Part shown: one piece after another, positions 9,143 to 17,469 of the stretch
Position numbering within the stretch: position 1 is the stretch's first letter
Layout of the letters: the number at the start of each line of letters is the position of its first letter
Origin: Nitrospirota bacterium
Lineage (GTDB): Bacteria; Nitrospirota; Thermodesulfovibrionia; Thermodesulfovibrionales; Dissulfurispiraceae
Reading direction: 5' to 3'
Length of the DNA: 64,000 nucleotides
Assembly (NCBI GenBank): GCA_963710375.1
Contig: CAVPZX010000002.1
Coordinates: forward strand, 512,001 to 576,000
Notes under the pieces: model-generated
What the model was told of the DNA's origin: nothing
The model's input: the letters and a program-made list of their open reading frames with translations, nothing else
The model's database searches: none
Made by a program: the position numbers and the translations under genes

Positions 9143-10047
9143 TCAAGGTCTTAAGCCAGTGGGTGAGAGAGTTGGAAGTGACAATAATCCTGGGTTACGT
9201 AATACTGCGATTACAAAATAGTTGTCACGCAGTCCAAGTGTAGTGTCCGGCTTTACACTTATTCCGTTGCCCCAGCGTCCCTGTTGCATTAACGCTTTTG
9301 TGAGTGCACAAATAGCAGTGTTATCATCTGTACCATAATCGCAAATCTTTTTGCTTATGATTTCTATACCAGTTGTGCTATTTTTGATATTTAATAGTAG
9401 GTTTGAATCATTAATTTTAACGAAAGAAATCGGTTTTACCATGGTGACTGTCCATCCGGCCTGTATAAGCAGAGACAATATGTCGTGCACAAAAATAAGG
9501 GACTCTGGATCGTCGTCTTGGTACCATAGCTCTGCGGTGCCTTTGGGCTTCTCCTTTAATATGTCCAGAAATTGTTTTTCATCCAGAGTGCGTCGTCCAA
9601 GTTTTGAAGTTACAAAATTTAAATATTCCTTAAGGGCTAATTGGGACTTAATTTCCTCTGTCAGTGCGTATGCAGTTTTCTCGCCTTTCTTCATAAGGCT
9701 ATCTAATTTATCACTCTGATGCTCAAGTTTCTTTTGAGTATCCCCCGCACTGTAATCAAATCTCTTATTGATTTTTTTTGAATACCTATTTGAATTTCCA
9801 TCTGTTTTTTAAAATCATCGATAGTTGAATTTTTAATAGTTGTTACGTCACGTTGGAAATTTTCTATTTCAAAACCGCTCCATTTCAATTTCGCGATAGA
9901 ATTGATGTTTGTCATCAGGGCAAAGGCAACAAGTGAGAATGTTAGAAGAATAATGGTCAATGCGTTGGATATCTTCTTCGCTATCGCTAATGCCATTGCT
10001 CCAAAAGCAACAATTATAAAGAAGATGTAAGTGGCAACTTCTCTCAT
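9143..10047 (-). pseudogene. Hypothetical 2-TM plus coiled-coil membrane protein, split by a frameshift near 9750
   Basis: ORF 9703..10047 has two TM helices; an alternative frame SAGDTQKKLEHQSDKLDSL runs into MKKGEK of ORF 9143..9694. Confidence 0.6.
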
Positions 10048-10188
10048 AATCTCTCCTCAGTAAATCTACAGTTTTGGTGCAATCGATGTCAATGAGAGCT
10101 TTAGGGAGTGTCGATTTGCCTCATCGGAAATCTATTCTAAAGTGAATATTGCTTAGTCCCAAAGCAAACTGTTAAACTTAGAGTCAAA

Positions 10189-11358
10189 ATGGGAACGGTT
10201 AATAAAAGCGAGCCGGGGTCAGCAAAGTTATTTTATCGTACACGACATGGGCGCATTTTCCTCGGCGATTCGTTAGCGGTTTTGCGTGATGAAATCACCC
10301 CTCATACAGTTGACCTGATAATGACCAGTCCGCCTTTTGGTTTGGTTAGGAAAAAAGGGTACGGCAATGTGGCCGCCGACAAGTATGTTGAATGGTTTCG
10401 ACCATTTGCTAAAGCGTTTCACAGGGCTTTAAACCCGCATGGGTCATTGGTCATAGATATTGGCGGCTCTTGGATTCCTGGCCAGCCAACACGAAGTCTT
10501 TATCATTATGAACTTTTAGTCATGTTGTGCCGGGAATTTGGCTTTCATCTCGCGCAGGAGTTTTTCTGGTGGAATCCCGCTCGCTTGCCTACCCCGGCAG
10601 AGTGGGTAACGGTGCGTAGGATTCGCGTCAAAGACGCCATTAACTGTATATGGTGGCTTTCTCCGACCCCCTGGCCAAAAGCAAGTAATCGGCGCGTTTT
10701 GCAGCCCTATTCCGAAAGCATGAAGGAACTTCTGGTCAAGGGGTACAAGCCGAAAATGCGACCTTCAGGTCACGATATTTCGAATAAGTTCGGCACAGAT
10801 AACGGCGCTTCTATCCCGCCTAATCTGCTGGCTCTTGCCCACACTGAGAGTAATTCGCTCTACATTCGCTATTGTAAGGAACACGAAATAAAGCCTCACC
10901 CCGCCCGTTTCCCTGTAGATTTACCGGAATATTTTATCAGAATGCTGACTGACGCTCAGGACTTCGTTGTCGATCCATTCGCCGGCAGCTGCGTTACCGG
11001 CGAAGCCGCTGAAAAAACGAATCGCAGATGGATATGCTGTGAGCTTGTTCCTGAATACGTGGAAGGAGCCTTGGGCCGGTTCCAGCCCGGAGCAGAAAAT
11101 CGAACAACAAAAGTCGCGGAGGGCCAAGCGGAGAATTTTTACAGGGCTTTCAAGCTCGGGTTTAAGTGGAATGGCGCTGATGACGCTCTTCTTCCGGAAG
11201 ATGGTGGGGCGAAAAGGGTACCGCGGGAAAAAACCTCTGTAGGTTCAACAAACAAGTATAGGCCCAAAGAAGAAAAGCCAGCGCAGATGAAATTGCTGGA
11301 GAGTCGCAAGGCTTACGTCGCTAAGCAGCGCAGCGTGAAGAAAACTGGTGTCGATTGA
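10189..11358 (+). CDS. Beta-class N4-cytosine/N6-adenine DNA methyltransferase, M.PvuII-like
   Basis: TSPPF catalytic motif precedes the DPFAGS SAM motif; NPARLPTPAEWV...RIRVKDAIN, RPSGHDI, IPPNLL and HPARFP resemble M.PvuII as I recall it. Confidence 0.9.
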   Translation: MGTVNKSEPGSAKLFYRTRHGRIFLGDSLAVLRDEITPHTVDLIMTSPPFGLVRKKGYGNVAADKYVEWFRPFAKAFHRALNPHGSLVIDIGGSWIPGQPTRSLYHYELLVMLCREFGFHLAQEFFWWNPARLPTPAEWVTVRRIRVKDAINCIWWLSPTPWPKASNRRVLQPYSESMKELLVKGYKPKMRPSGHDISNKFGTDNGASIPPNLLALAHTESNSLYIRYCKEHEIKPHPARFPVDLPEYFIRMLTDAQDFVVDPFAGSCVTGEAAEKTNRRWICCELVPEYVEGALGRFQPGAENRTTKVAEGQAENFYRAFKLGFKWNGADDALLPEDGGAKRVPREKTSVGSTNKYRPKEEKPAQMKLLESRKAYVAKQRSVKKTGVD

Positions 11359-12362
11359 TGCCTGCCCGTTTAGGAAAAGAAGACCTCTTACAGCTGGTGC
11401 TTGCGGCTGTCCGGTCGTCAGGATGGAATGCTATTGTTCTGTCTCCAGCTTCACCTTTCCGACTGTCGATTTTTGAGGGCAATACCACTATTGTAGTCCT
11501 CTGCTACATCTGGAACATGACCCACGGAGGATTTCCGAGAAACCCTAATGAGCTTAGAATCCAGATTACTGGTGTCGATCGGTTCCAGGTCGAGGCCGGA
11601 GTCAAAACATTACTTCTTGGCTGGAGCGAGGAAGAAAAAATGTTTGCCGGTTTCGATGTCACGAAGCATCTCATTTCAATGAAGGGAAGATCACCCTCCC
11701 TTCAGGTGAGGCGCGAGACTTTGCAGACAGCAAAGATCAAGGACTTTTTCCCTCAGATTAGGGGTAATCAGGAAAATGTAATCGCGTTCAGACCGGAGTT
11801 CTTTGTAACCTATGTGCAGGAACTTGAGGACCTTCACGGTGCGGCGCAGCGCCCTGTTGACATAAAACGTCTGGAAAAGCTCGCAACGAGTGATATTGAA
11901 TGGCGGGTCAAAGATCTGCCTGCTGGCCCACGAAGAACAATCATGGAGAAAATAACGAGAAAAGTTCGCGACGCAAGGTTCAGAAAGAATGTTCTTGCAG
12001 CTTACGGATTCAGGTGTGCCATGAGCGACATACAACTCGATTTGCTCGATGCTGCGCATATTATTCCAGTGGAGCACCAGAAAGGCACGGATGAGACCAA
12101 GAACGGCCTGTGTCTGAGCGCACTTCATCACAGGGCTTTTGATCAAGGTCTTATCGGGATAAAGCGAAACTATTCGATAATTTTTAATGAAGAACGTTTC
12201 GGTCGTCTGAGAGCGCTTGGGTGGGATGGCGGAGAATCTGAGTTCAAAAAAACCTGCCGCGATGCGATAAATCTTCCTAAACGAAAAGAGTTTTATCCTG
12301 ATCGGGATTATTTGATTTTAGGACAAATCCTTCGTGGTTGGAATGCAAAAGTATTCACGTAG
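11358..12362 (+). CDS. HNH endonuclease with an uncharacterised N-terminal domain
   Basis: RDARFRKNVLAAYGFRCAMS, LDAAHIIP, NGLCLSALHHRAFDQGLI (HNH_2 type); start overlaps the MTase stop (TGATG). Confidence 0.88.
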   Translation: MPARLGKEDLLQLVLAAVRSSGWNAIVLSPASPFRLSIFEGNTTIVVLCYIWNMTHGGFPRNPNELRIQITGVDRFQVEAGVKTLLLGWSEEEKMFAGFDVTKHLISMKGRSPSLQVRRETLQTAKIKDFFPQIRGNQENVIAFRPEFFVTYVQELEDLHGAAQRPVDIKRLEKLATSDIEWRVKDLPAGPRRTIMEKITRKVRDARFRKNVLAAYGFRCAMSDIQLDLLDAAHIIPVEHQKGTDETKNGLCLSALHHRAFDQGLIGIKRNYSIIFNEERFGRLRALGWDGGESEFKKTCRDAINLPKRKEFYPDRDYLILGQILRGWNAKVFT

Positions 12363-12410
12363 TCTGGAATTTACGACGTGTGCTGACGTGGTTGAGCCGG
12401 ATTAAGCGTA

Positions 12411-13094
12411 ATGAGTCAGACATATGCCCCAGAAGTAGAAAAGGTGGCGCTTAAATTAAGGAAGGAATATGAGGACTTTGCCCACCATAACAAAAAGAAC
12501 CCCTTGGACGAACTATTCTTTATTCTGTGCAGTGTAAAAAGAAGCGAGAAGGTCTATCTCAAAGCCTACAAGTCTATAAAGCGAAACTTTCCAAGATATG
12601 AGCTGCTTGCCACGTCGTCCACTAAAAAGATAAGTAAAACTGTTTCTTGGGGCGGTCTGCAAAATCAAAAAGCAGCTATAGCCAAGGAAATTATCAGACA
12701 GCTGATAGTGAGTTTCGGAAAGCCAACTTTGGCCCCGCTCAAGAAAATGTCAGATGAAGAATGTGAGAGTTATCTTATGAGTCTCCCTGGCATAGGGAAA
12801 AAAGTCGCTCGATGTGTAATGCTTTATTCGCTTAATCGGCGAGTTTTCCCCGTGGATGCACACTGTTGGAGGATTTCACGTAGGATAGGATGGAATGTGA
12901 CGGGCCGGAACACCGACAGTTGCAGTAACAGAGCCATGGATCACTTGCAAGCGCGTATCCCTCCTGCACTGCGGTTTTCTTTACACGTAAACATGGTTTC
13001 ACACGGTCGCAAAATATGCACTGCCAGCAAGCCTAAATGCGGTGAGTGCGTCATAGTGTTTTTCTGTAAAAAGATCGGAGTAGCAAAAGGTTAG
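12411..13094 (+). CDS. HhH-GPD DNA glycosylase (endonuclease III-like) with a 4Fe-4S motif
   Basis: HhH LMSLPGIGKKVA, FPVDAH, C-terminal CTASKPKCGECVIVFFC. Confidence 0.9.
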   Translation: MSQTYAPEVEKVALKLRKEYEDFAHHNKKNPLDELFFILCSVKRSEKVYLKAYKSIKRNFPRYELLATSSTKKISKTVSWGGLQNQKAAIAKEIIRQLIVSFGKPTLAPLKKMSDEECESYLMSLPGIGKKVARCVMLYSLNRRVFPVDAHCWRISRRIGWNVTGRNTDSCSNRAMDHLQARIPPALRFSLHVNMVSHGRKICTASKPKCGECVIVFFCKKIGVAKG

Positions 13095-13231
13095 CGAGCC
13101 TTATTCTGAAGGACGAAGGCTTTCTATGCAGACGTTGTTAACTTGCAGTGGTTATCATCTGGAGCCAAATCCATGCTTAACATAGCTTCTTAGGATAAAT
13201 CCGTTTAACCTGACGCCAAACTGAGCGCAGC

Positions 13232-13286
13232 GAAGGCGGGAGGGAGGCAGGCACGGCGGCAGCCGGCCTGCCTCCCTCCCGCCTTC
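13232..13286. other. Perfect 21-bp GC-rich hairpin; candidate replication origin or terminator of the element
   Basis: gaaggcgggagggaggcaggc / gcctgcctccctcccgccttc with a 13-nt loop containing a cggc/gccg mini-stem. Confidence 0.6.
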
Positions 13287-13336
13287 TGATAACTTGATAT
13301 ATATTGGTTATAACTGCAACATGACTTCAAAATAAC

Positions 13337-13365
13337 TTGACATAATTTATTAACTATAGTAATAT
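13337..13365 (+). promoter_or_regulatory. Sigma70 promoter for the wHTH-wHTH-integrase operon, probably leaderless
   Basis: TTGACA (13337) - 17 nt - TAATAT (13360-65); ATG at 13372 with no SD; ATAACTTGA repeated at about 13289 and 13332. Confidence 0.6.
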
Positions 13366-13371
13366 TTAAGC

Positions 13372-13755
13372 ATGGTTAAGAGAATAATAGCTAAGATAAA
13401 TGAGGGGCAGGAAAGGACGCGATGGGGCAAAGGGACTATTGTATGTAAATCCATGGAAGAATTTGACAAGTATTTAAATCAATTTAAAGGGCAAATGGTC
13501 TCTCCTGGAACCGCTGCCTCAAGGTTAGGTGTTTCCCGTGCTTACATTAATCAGCTCGAAAAAGAGGGAAGAATAAGAGCGTATAGAATATGGAATGAAG
13601 ATATACATTGGGACAGTCTGCCTTTGAAGTGGAGGCCGTTTGTCGCTGTAAGGGATGTTTATATTTACATTCCTGATGAGGATATCGAGAGGATTAGAGA
13701 GGAGTTAATAAAAAAGGCCGAGAACAAGCTAAGAAAACTTAGAGGGAAAAAATGA
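13372..13755 (+). CDS. Winged-HTH DNA-binding protein (excisionase/regulator-like), paralog A
   Basis: VSPGTAASRLGVSRAYINQLEKEGRIRAYR; upstream of the integrase. Confidence 0.7.
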   Translation: MVKRIIAKINEGQERTRWGKGTIVCKSMEEFDKYLNQFKGQMVSPGTAASRLGVSRAYINQLEKEGRIRAYRIWNEDIHWDSLPLKWRPFVAVRDVYIYIPDEDIERIREELIKKAENKLRKLRGKK

Positions 13756-14117
13756 ACGAGCGCCATCTTACATATGAACTTGCTGAGAGGTTGAAAGTAT
13801 CTACTGAAACAAATATCTTCAGCAGGGGGACTATTGTTTGTAATTCCTGGGAAGAATTTGATGAGGCTATTAAGGATGTTGACTGTGGGCTTGTATCTCC
13901 GGGCGGCGCCGGTTTGCCGCGTTCTTATATTCATCAGCTTGAAAAAGATGGCTCGATAAGGGTGTTCAGAGTGATAGTTGATGGCAAGAGCTTTAAATAT
14001 TACCCTTCGCATGTACGCTTTTTGTATCCATCCAAAGATGTTTATGTTTTCATACCGGTGGATGATATTAACAGAATAAAAAGCATGATGAATAGGACGG
14101 AGGTGTCTTATGCCTGA
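13752..14117 (+). CDS. Winged-HTH protein, paralog B
   Basis: Aligns by eye to paralog A (GTIVCxSxEEFD, VSPG, RxYIxQLEKxGxIR, DVYxxIPxxDIxRI); ATGA coupled. Confidence 0.7.
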   Translation: MNERHLTYELAERLKVSTETNIFSRGTIVCNSWEEFDEAIKDVDCGLVSPGGAGLPRSYIHQLEKDGSIRVFRVIVDGKSFKYYPSHVRFLYPSKDVYVFIPVDDINRIKSMMNRTEVSYA

Positions 14118-15345
14118 AGGACAAGGCATAATAAGAGTTCCCAATAATCAGCGATGCCCTAAATGTAACGGAGTTTTCAAGCGCGTTATAGTGAAGGGCG
14201 CTTCCGGCATAGCCTATAGATGTCCTGATTGTTTGACCTTTCCTGACCGTTATTACCTGGATGTGCATCATAAGGGCGAAAGAATCCGAGTTTTTAGCGA
14301 TAAGCAGGGGAAGCCTTTAGATGCATTTCAGCGGGCCGTTGACCTTTTGAGTCATATTAATTATGAAATTGAAAATCATATTTTTGATTTTTCCAAATAT
14401 AAGAAATCGGAACAAAAAGAGTTTTATGTCTGTACGAAGCTTGATGAATATCTGGATCATAAGATAGACTCTCTTGCTCCGAGCTATCAGGCAGATTTTA
14501 GGAGGTATGTCGGCATTGCTAAAGACTTCTTCAAAACGACTGATGTCAGAGAAATAAAGAAGATCGATGTTATTAATTATCAAAAATATTTGAAGGAGAG
14601 TTTTAACATAGGCAATAAGACGATTAAAAATAATATCGATGTTTTTAAGGCTTTCCTAAACTATCTTAAAAACGATTTGGAAATAATATCCATTGTTCCA
14701 AGGTTTCCCGATATTGATATAGATATAAAACCTTTTAAATGGCTGACGCAAGAAGTACAGGTTAAGGCATATGAGTTGTGGCCTGATACTGATAAACCTA
14801 TCTTTGCTTTTTTAATGTTGCACGGTTGCCGTCCATCAGAAGCACGGGCTTTAAAATGTAAAAATATTGATCTTCAAAATCATACCATTACAATATGTGC
14901 GACCTTTTCAGGACATGTTTACAGGGAAAAAAGGAAGGGCAAAAAAGCGAGATTTGTAACAGTTCCAATTCATCCGGAATTATATGGATTCATTGTTGAG
15001 AGAGTTAAAAATAATTTACCTGAGGCTTTTGTTTTTATAAATCCTAATACCGGCAAGCATTATTGTGAAAATAGTTTACGGATCATATGGGCTACTGTTC
15101 GGAAAAGTACGGGACTCGATAATAGTGTCCGTTTGTATGATGCCACAAGGCATTCATTTGCAAGCAACCTTGTAAATAGTGGATCGTCTATATACAAGGT
15201 TTCAAAATTGCTTGGTCATAGCTCGGTAAAGATGACAGAGAAATATGCGCATTCAGAGATTGAGAGTCTGAGGGTTGATATAGAAAAGCTATCATTAAAC
15301 TGTCATCCTACTGTCATCAAAAAGGTTTCAGGTGATAAAAAATAA
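14110..15345 (+). CDS. Tyrosine recombinase/integrase with an N-terminal CxxC-CxxC motif
   Basis: HGCRPSEARAL, RLYDATRHSFAS, LLGHSSVKMTEKY; ends next to attR. Confidence 0.95.
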   Translation: MPEGQGIIRVPNNQRCPKCNGVFKRVIVKGASGIAYRCPDCLTFPDRYYLDVHHKGERIRVFSDKQGKPLDAFQRAVDLLSHINYEIENHIFDFSKYKKSEQKEFYVCTKLDEYLDHKIDSLAPSYQADFRRYVGIAKDFFKTTDVREIKKIDVINYQKYLKESFNIGNKTIKNNIDVFKAFLNYLKNDLEIISIVPRFPDIDIDIKPFKWLTQEVQVKAYELWPDTDKPIFAFLMLHGCRPSEARALKCKNIDLQNHTITICATFSGHVYREKRKGKKARFVTVPIHPELYGFIVERVKNNLPEAFVFINPNTGKHYCENSLRIIWATVRKSTGLDNSVRLYDATRHSFASNLVNSGSSIYKVSKLLGHSSVKMTEKYAHSEIESLRVDIEKLSLNCHPTVIKKVSGDKK

Positions 15346-15377
15346 TTACAATACAATTAGTTATATTTGGTTGTTGG

Positions 15378-15403
15378 GGGTTCGATTCCCGCCGCCTCCA
15401 CCA
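15378..15403 (+). repeat. attR core (duplicated ssrA 3' end)
   Basis: 26/26 identity with 8263-8288. Confidence 0.95.
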
Positions 15404-15458
15404 TAACTTTTTGATAGCAGTAGATTAATTTAACTCCTGATAGCTTTATTTGGATAAC

Positions 15459-15488
15459 AAAAAAGCCTCCGTTCCCGGAGGCATTTTT
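15459..15488. terminator. Bidirectional intrinsic terminator
   Basis: aaaaaa gcctcc gttccc ggaggc attttt. Confidence 0.7.
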
Positions 15489-15536
15489 ATGTATTGCATT
15501 CCTGCTGCTGAGATGCTTACTTTTAGAATGGAAATG

Positions 15537-15971
15537 TTATTTTACTACTGGATACCCTGCTTCTTTCCAGGCCTTGAGTCCTCCAGTCATATTTACAGCA
15601 CTTTTATACCCAAGGTCATTCAGCGTCTTTGTCGCCAACGGGCTTCTGCGGTCCGTCCCGCAATATACAATAATTTTTGCGTTTTTATCGGGTATGATTG
15701 TGGCCGCCTTAAACTCCAATGTGCCACGTGAAATATTTATCGCCCCGGGTAGATGTCCTTGTTCAAATTCCTGCTTGTCAGTTACATCAAGGAGCATGAT
15801 GTTCTCTTTTGACTCAATCATTTTTTTGACATTGTCTATTGATACTTCCGCAATCGACGCCTTTGCCTCCTTTACCAGTTGTTCCGGCGTCATATCTGCG
15901 GCCAAGGCAGGACTGATCATCGAAATCGCGAAAATCACGGCAACCAAAACCAGCGTTACTCTTTTAAGCAT
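15537..15971 (-). CDS. Secreted rhodanese-like domain protein
   Basis: Signal peptide, LLDV...EFEQGHLPGAINI, IIVYCGTDRRS, MTGGLKAW; RBS aaggagg. Confidence 0.9.
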   Translation of the reverse strand: MLKRVTLVLVAVIFAISMISPALAADMTPEQLVKEAKASIAEVSIDNVKKMIESKENIMLLDVTDKQEFEQGHLPGAINISRGTLEFKAATIIPDKNAKIIVYCGTDRRSPLATKTLNDLGYKSAVNMTGGLKAWKEAGYPVVK

Positions 15972-16143
15972 GTTTGCCTCCTTTAAAGTATTTGTTTCAA
16001 TAGTATCAGAATTGTGCGATTCCAACCACCTCCACCAAAGCTACCTGTCCGCTTTCTATCCGAAATTAAACATGCCGGCTGGCTTAGTGCAGATCAATTC
16101 TCAAGAAAAACAGCATTCGGCTTCTTCATATCCGTACCACAGG

Positions 16144-16788
16144 TCAAGTTTTGAAAATAGTTATCGCTTTTGCCGCCAAGCCCGCGTGAGCGACATCTTC
16201 CGGGGTAGTATTGGTTATGGGTATGTCATTGCCAAGGAAATCCCTTCCGGCTTCTTTGTAACAATACCGCACAAAACCACTGCAGTAAGTGGCGTGAGGA
16301 TCGTTCATGGGATTTTCCTGCCACTGCTTCTTGGTGATAATTGAGAACCACGTACCCATGAGTTCCTGTATCGGATAGAGAACCTGTTCGTTAACGAGTT
16401 CCAGCGCTGTAGCGAGAACTTGGTGCAGCTGGTCATCGGCGAGGCCGAAATCGATTGCTGCAGCATTTTCGACCTTGGAGTCGCTCCATTTGCCTATCCA
16501 GTTTTCCTGTGCTCCGTTTCTGACCTGGGGCTCGAAAAAGTTAATCTTCAGGTCGCTTTCGAATAGATAAGGGCTTTTTGTTACTGATTTACCTGGTCCG
16601 TGCCTGTCGAGCCGCAAGTCTCCCATGATGAAGCAGTGTGACCACAAAGATGGGGAATGGTCAGACGTAATAGCCCTTTGCGCATCCCTAATGGCAAGCC
16701 CCACGGCGTCTTTGGTGCCCACAAGACCGATGAGCCCCGGCTTATAATGAGCAGTGAAGAATTCAAGCAAAGCATCGTCAACTGCCAT
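16144..16788 (-). CDS. Permuted papain-like (YiiX/YaeF, NlpC/P60) cysteine hydrolase
   Basis: His before Cys: WSHCFI...YCSGFV...TTPEDV. Confidence 0.6.
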   Translation of the reverse strand: MAVDDALLEFFTAHYKPGLIGLVGTKDAVGLAIRDAQRAITSDHSPSLWSHCFIMGDLRLDRHGPGKSVTKSPYLFESDLKINFFEPQVRNGAQENWIGKWSDSKVENAAAIDFGLADDQLHQVLATALELVNEQVLYPIQELMGTWFSIITKKQWQENPMNDPHATYCSGFVRYCYKEAGRDFLGNDIPITNTTPEDVAHAGLAAKAITIFKT

Positions 16789-16919
16789 GGGACCCTCCTG
16801 TTATGATCTCGAAGTTCAGGTCAACTGCAAACCTGCGAACAAAGCCTTATCCTTGATGATGCAGAAAGTGCCAGATTCCTAGAAACAAAAAAAGTTTTGA
16901 TTAATCCGGTTTCATTCCG

Positions 16920-17312
16920 CTATATAGGGGAATGCCTGTACGCTTTTCCACCTAATGCCGAATTAACGATCCTGACAATATCTTCAGGTTTAAATGGCTT
17001 ATTGACGCAATCTACCGCGCCAAGGTCTCTGGCAGCCTGAAAAAAATCCATATTGCCCTGGTAGAAACCTGACATCGCAATAATTTTTGCTTCAGGAAAT
17101 TCTCTCATGATCTCGCGTATAGTTTCCAGCCCGTCTTTTCCCGGCATATATATGTCGGCAAGAACGATGTTTGTATTGGTTCGGCGGTAGGACTCTACGC
17201 CTTCTTTGCCGTTGGAGGCTACATAAACTTCATAATTCAGATGTTCGAAAATCTCTTTTAGAAGATTTCTCAAAGAGATGTCGTCGTCAATGATGAGGAT
17301 GCTTTTTGCCAA
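16920..17312 (-). CDS. Stand-alone response regulator receiver
   Basis: ILIIDDD, DIYMPGKDG, IIAMSG, KPF; TTG start after RBS aaggagggg. Confidence 0.9.
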   Translation of the reverse strand: MAKSILIIDDDISLRNLLKEIFEHLNYEVYVASNGKEGVESYRRTNTNIVLADIYMPGKDGLETIREIMREFPEAKIIAMSGFYQGNMDFFQAARDLGAVDCVNKPFKPEDIVRIVNSALGGKAYRHSPI

Positions 17313-17346
17313 TACCCCTCCTTGCCGAGTGAAATCAGTTAACTTT

Positions 17347-17392
17347 TTATAACAGATGCCTTGTATGGAAAACAATTACCCGAAAGTAGTAT
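17347..17392 (-). promoter_or_regulatory. Operator TACTTTCGGGTAAT + 20 nt + TGTTATAAA (copy 1)
   Basis: 17363-17392 is 28/30 identical to the reverse complement of 23911-23940; same spacing to TGTTATA. Confidence 0.75.
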
Positions 17393-17469
17393 ATGCTTGG
17401 AAATGCACTACGCGTTTTAAAAAAATCCCCACAAATTTGCAACTTCGCAATAATGGGAGCGCAGGCATT

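Larger units (their letters stand above)
8289..15403. mobile_element. tmRNA-integrated 7.1-kb element with a rolling-circle Rep and tyrosine integrase
   Basis: Flanking 26-bp direct repeats, integrase adjacent to attR, HUH Rep adjacent to attL, visibly AT-rich segments. Confidence 0.92.

Noticed and set aside
8289..15403. Complete filamentous prophage
   Set aside because: No Zot/pI ATPase, major coat or adsorption proteins are recognisable.
15378..15403. tRNA gene
   Set aside because: Only a T-arm and acceptor fragment duplicated from ssrA; there is no 5' half.
15574..16344. 256-aa plus-strand ORF and similar antisense ORFs (for example 27767..28447, 50695..51270)
   Set aside because: They are shadows of well-supported genes on the opposite strand and have no recognisable motifs.
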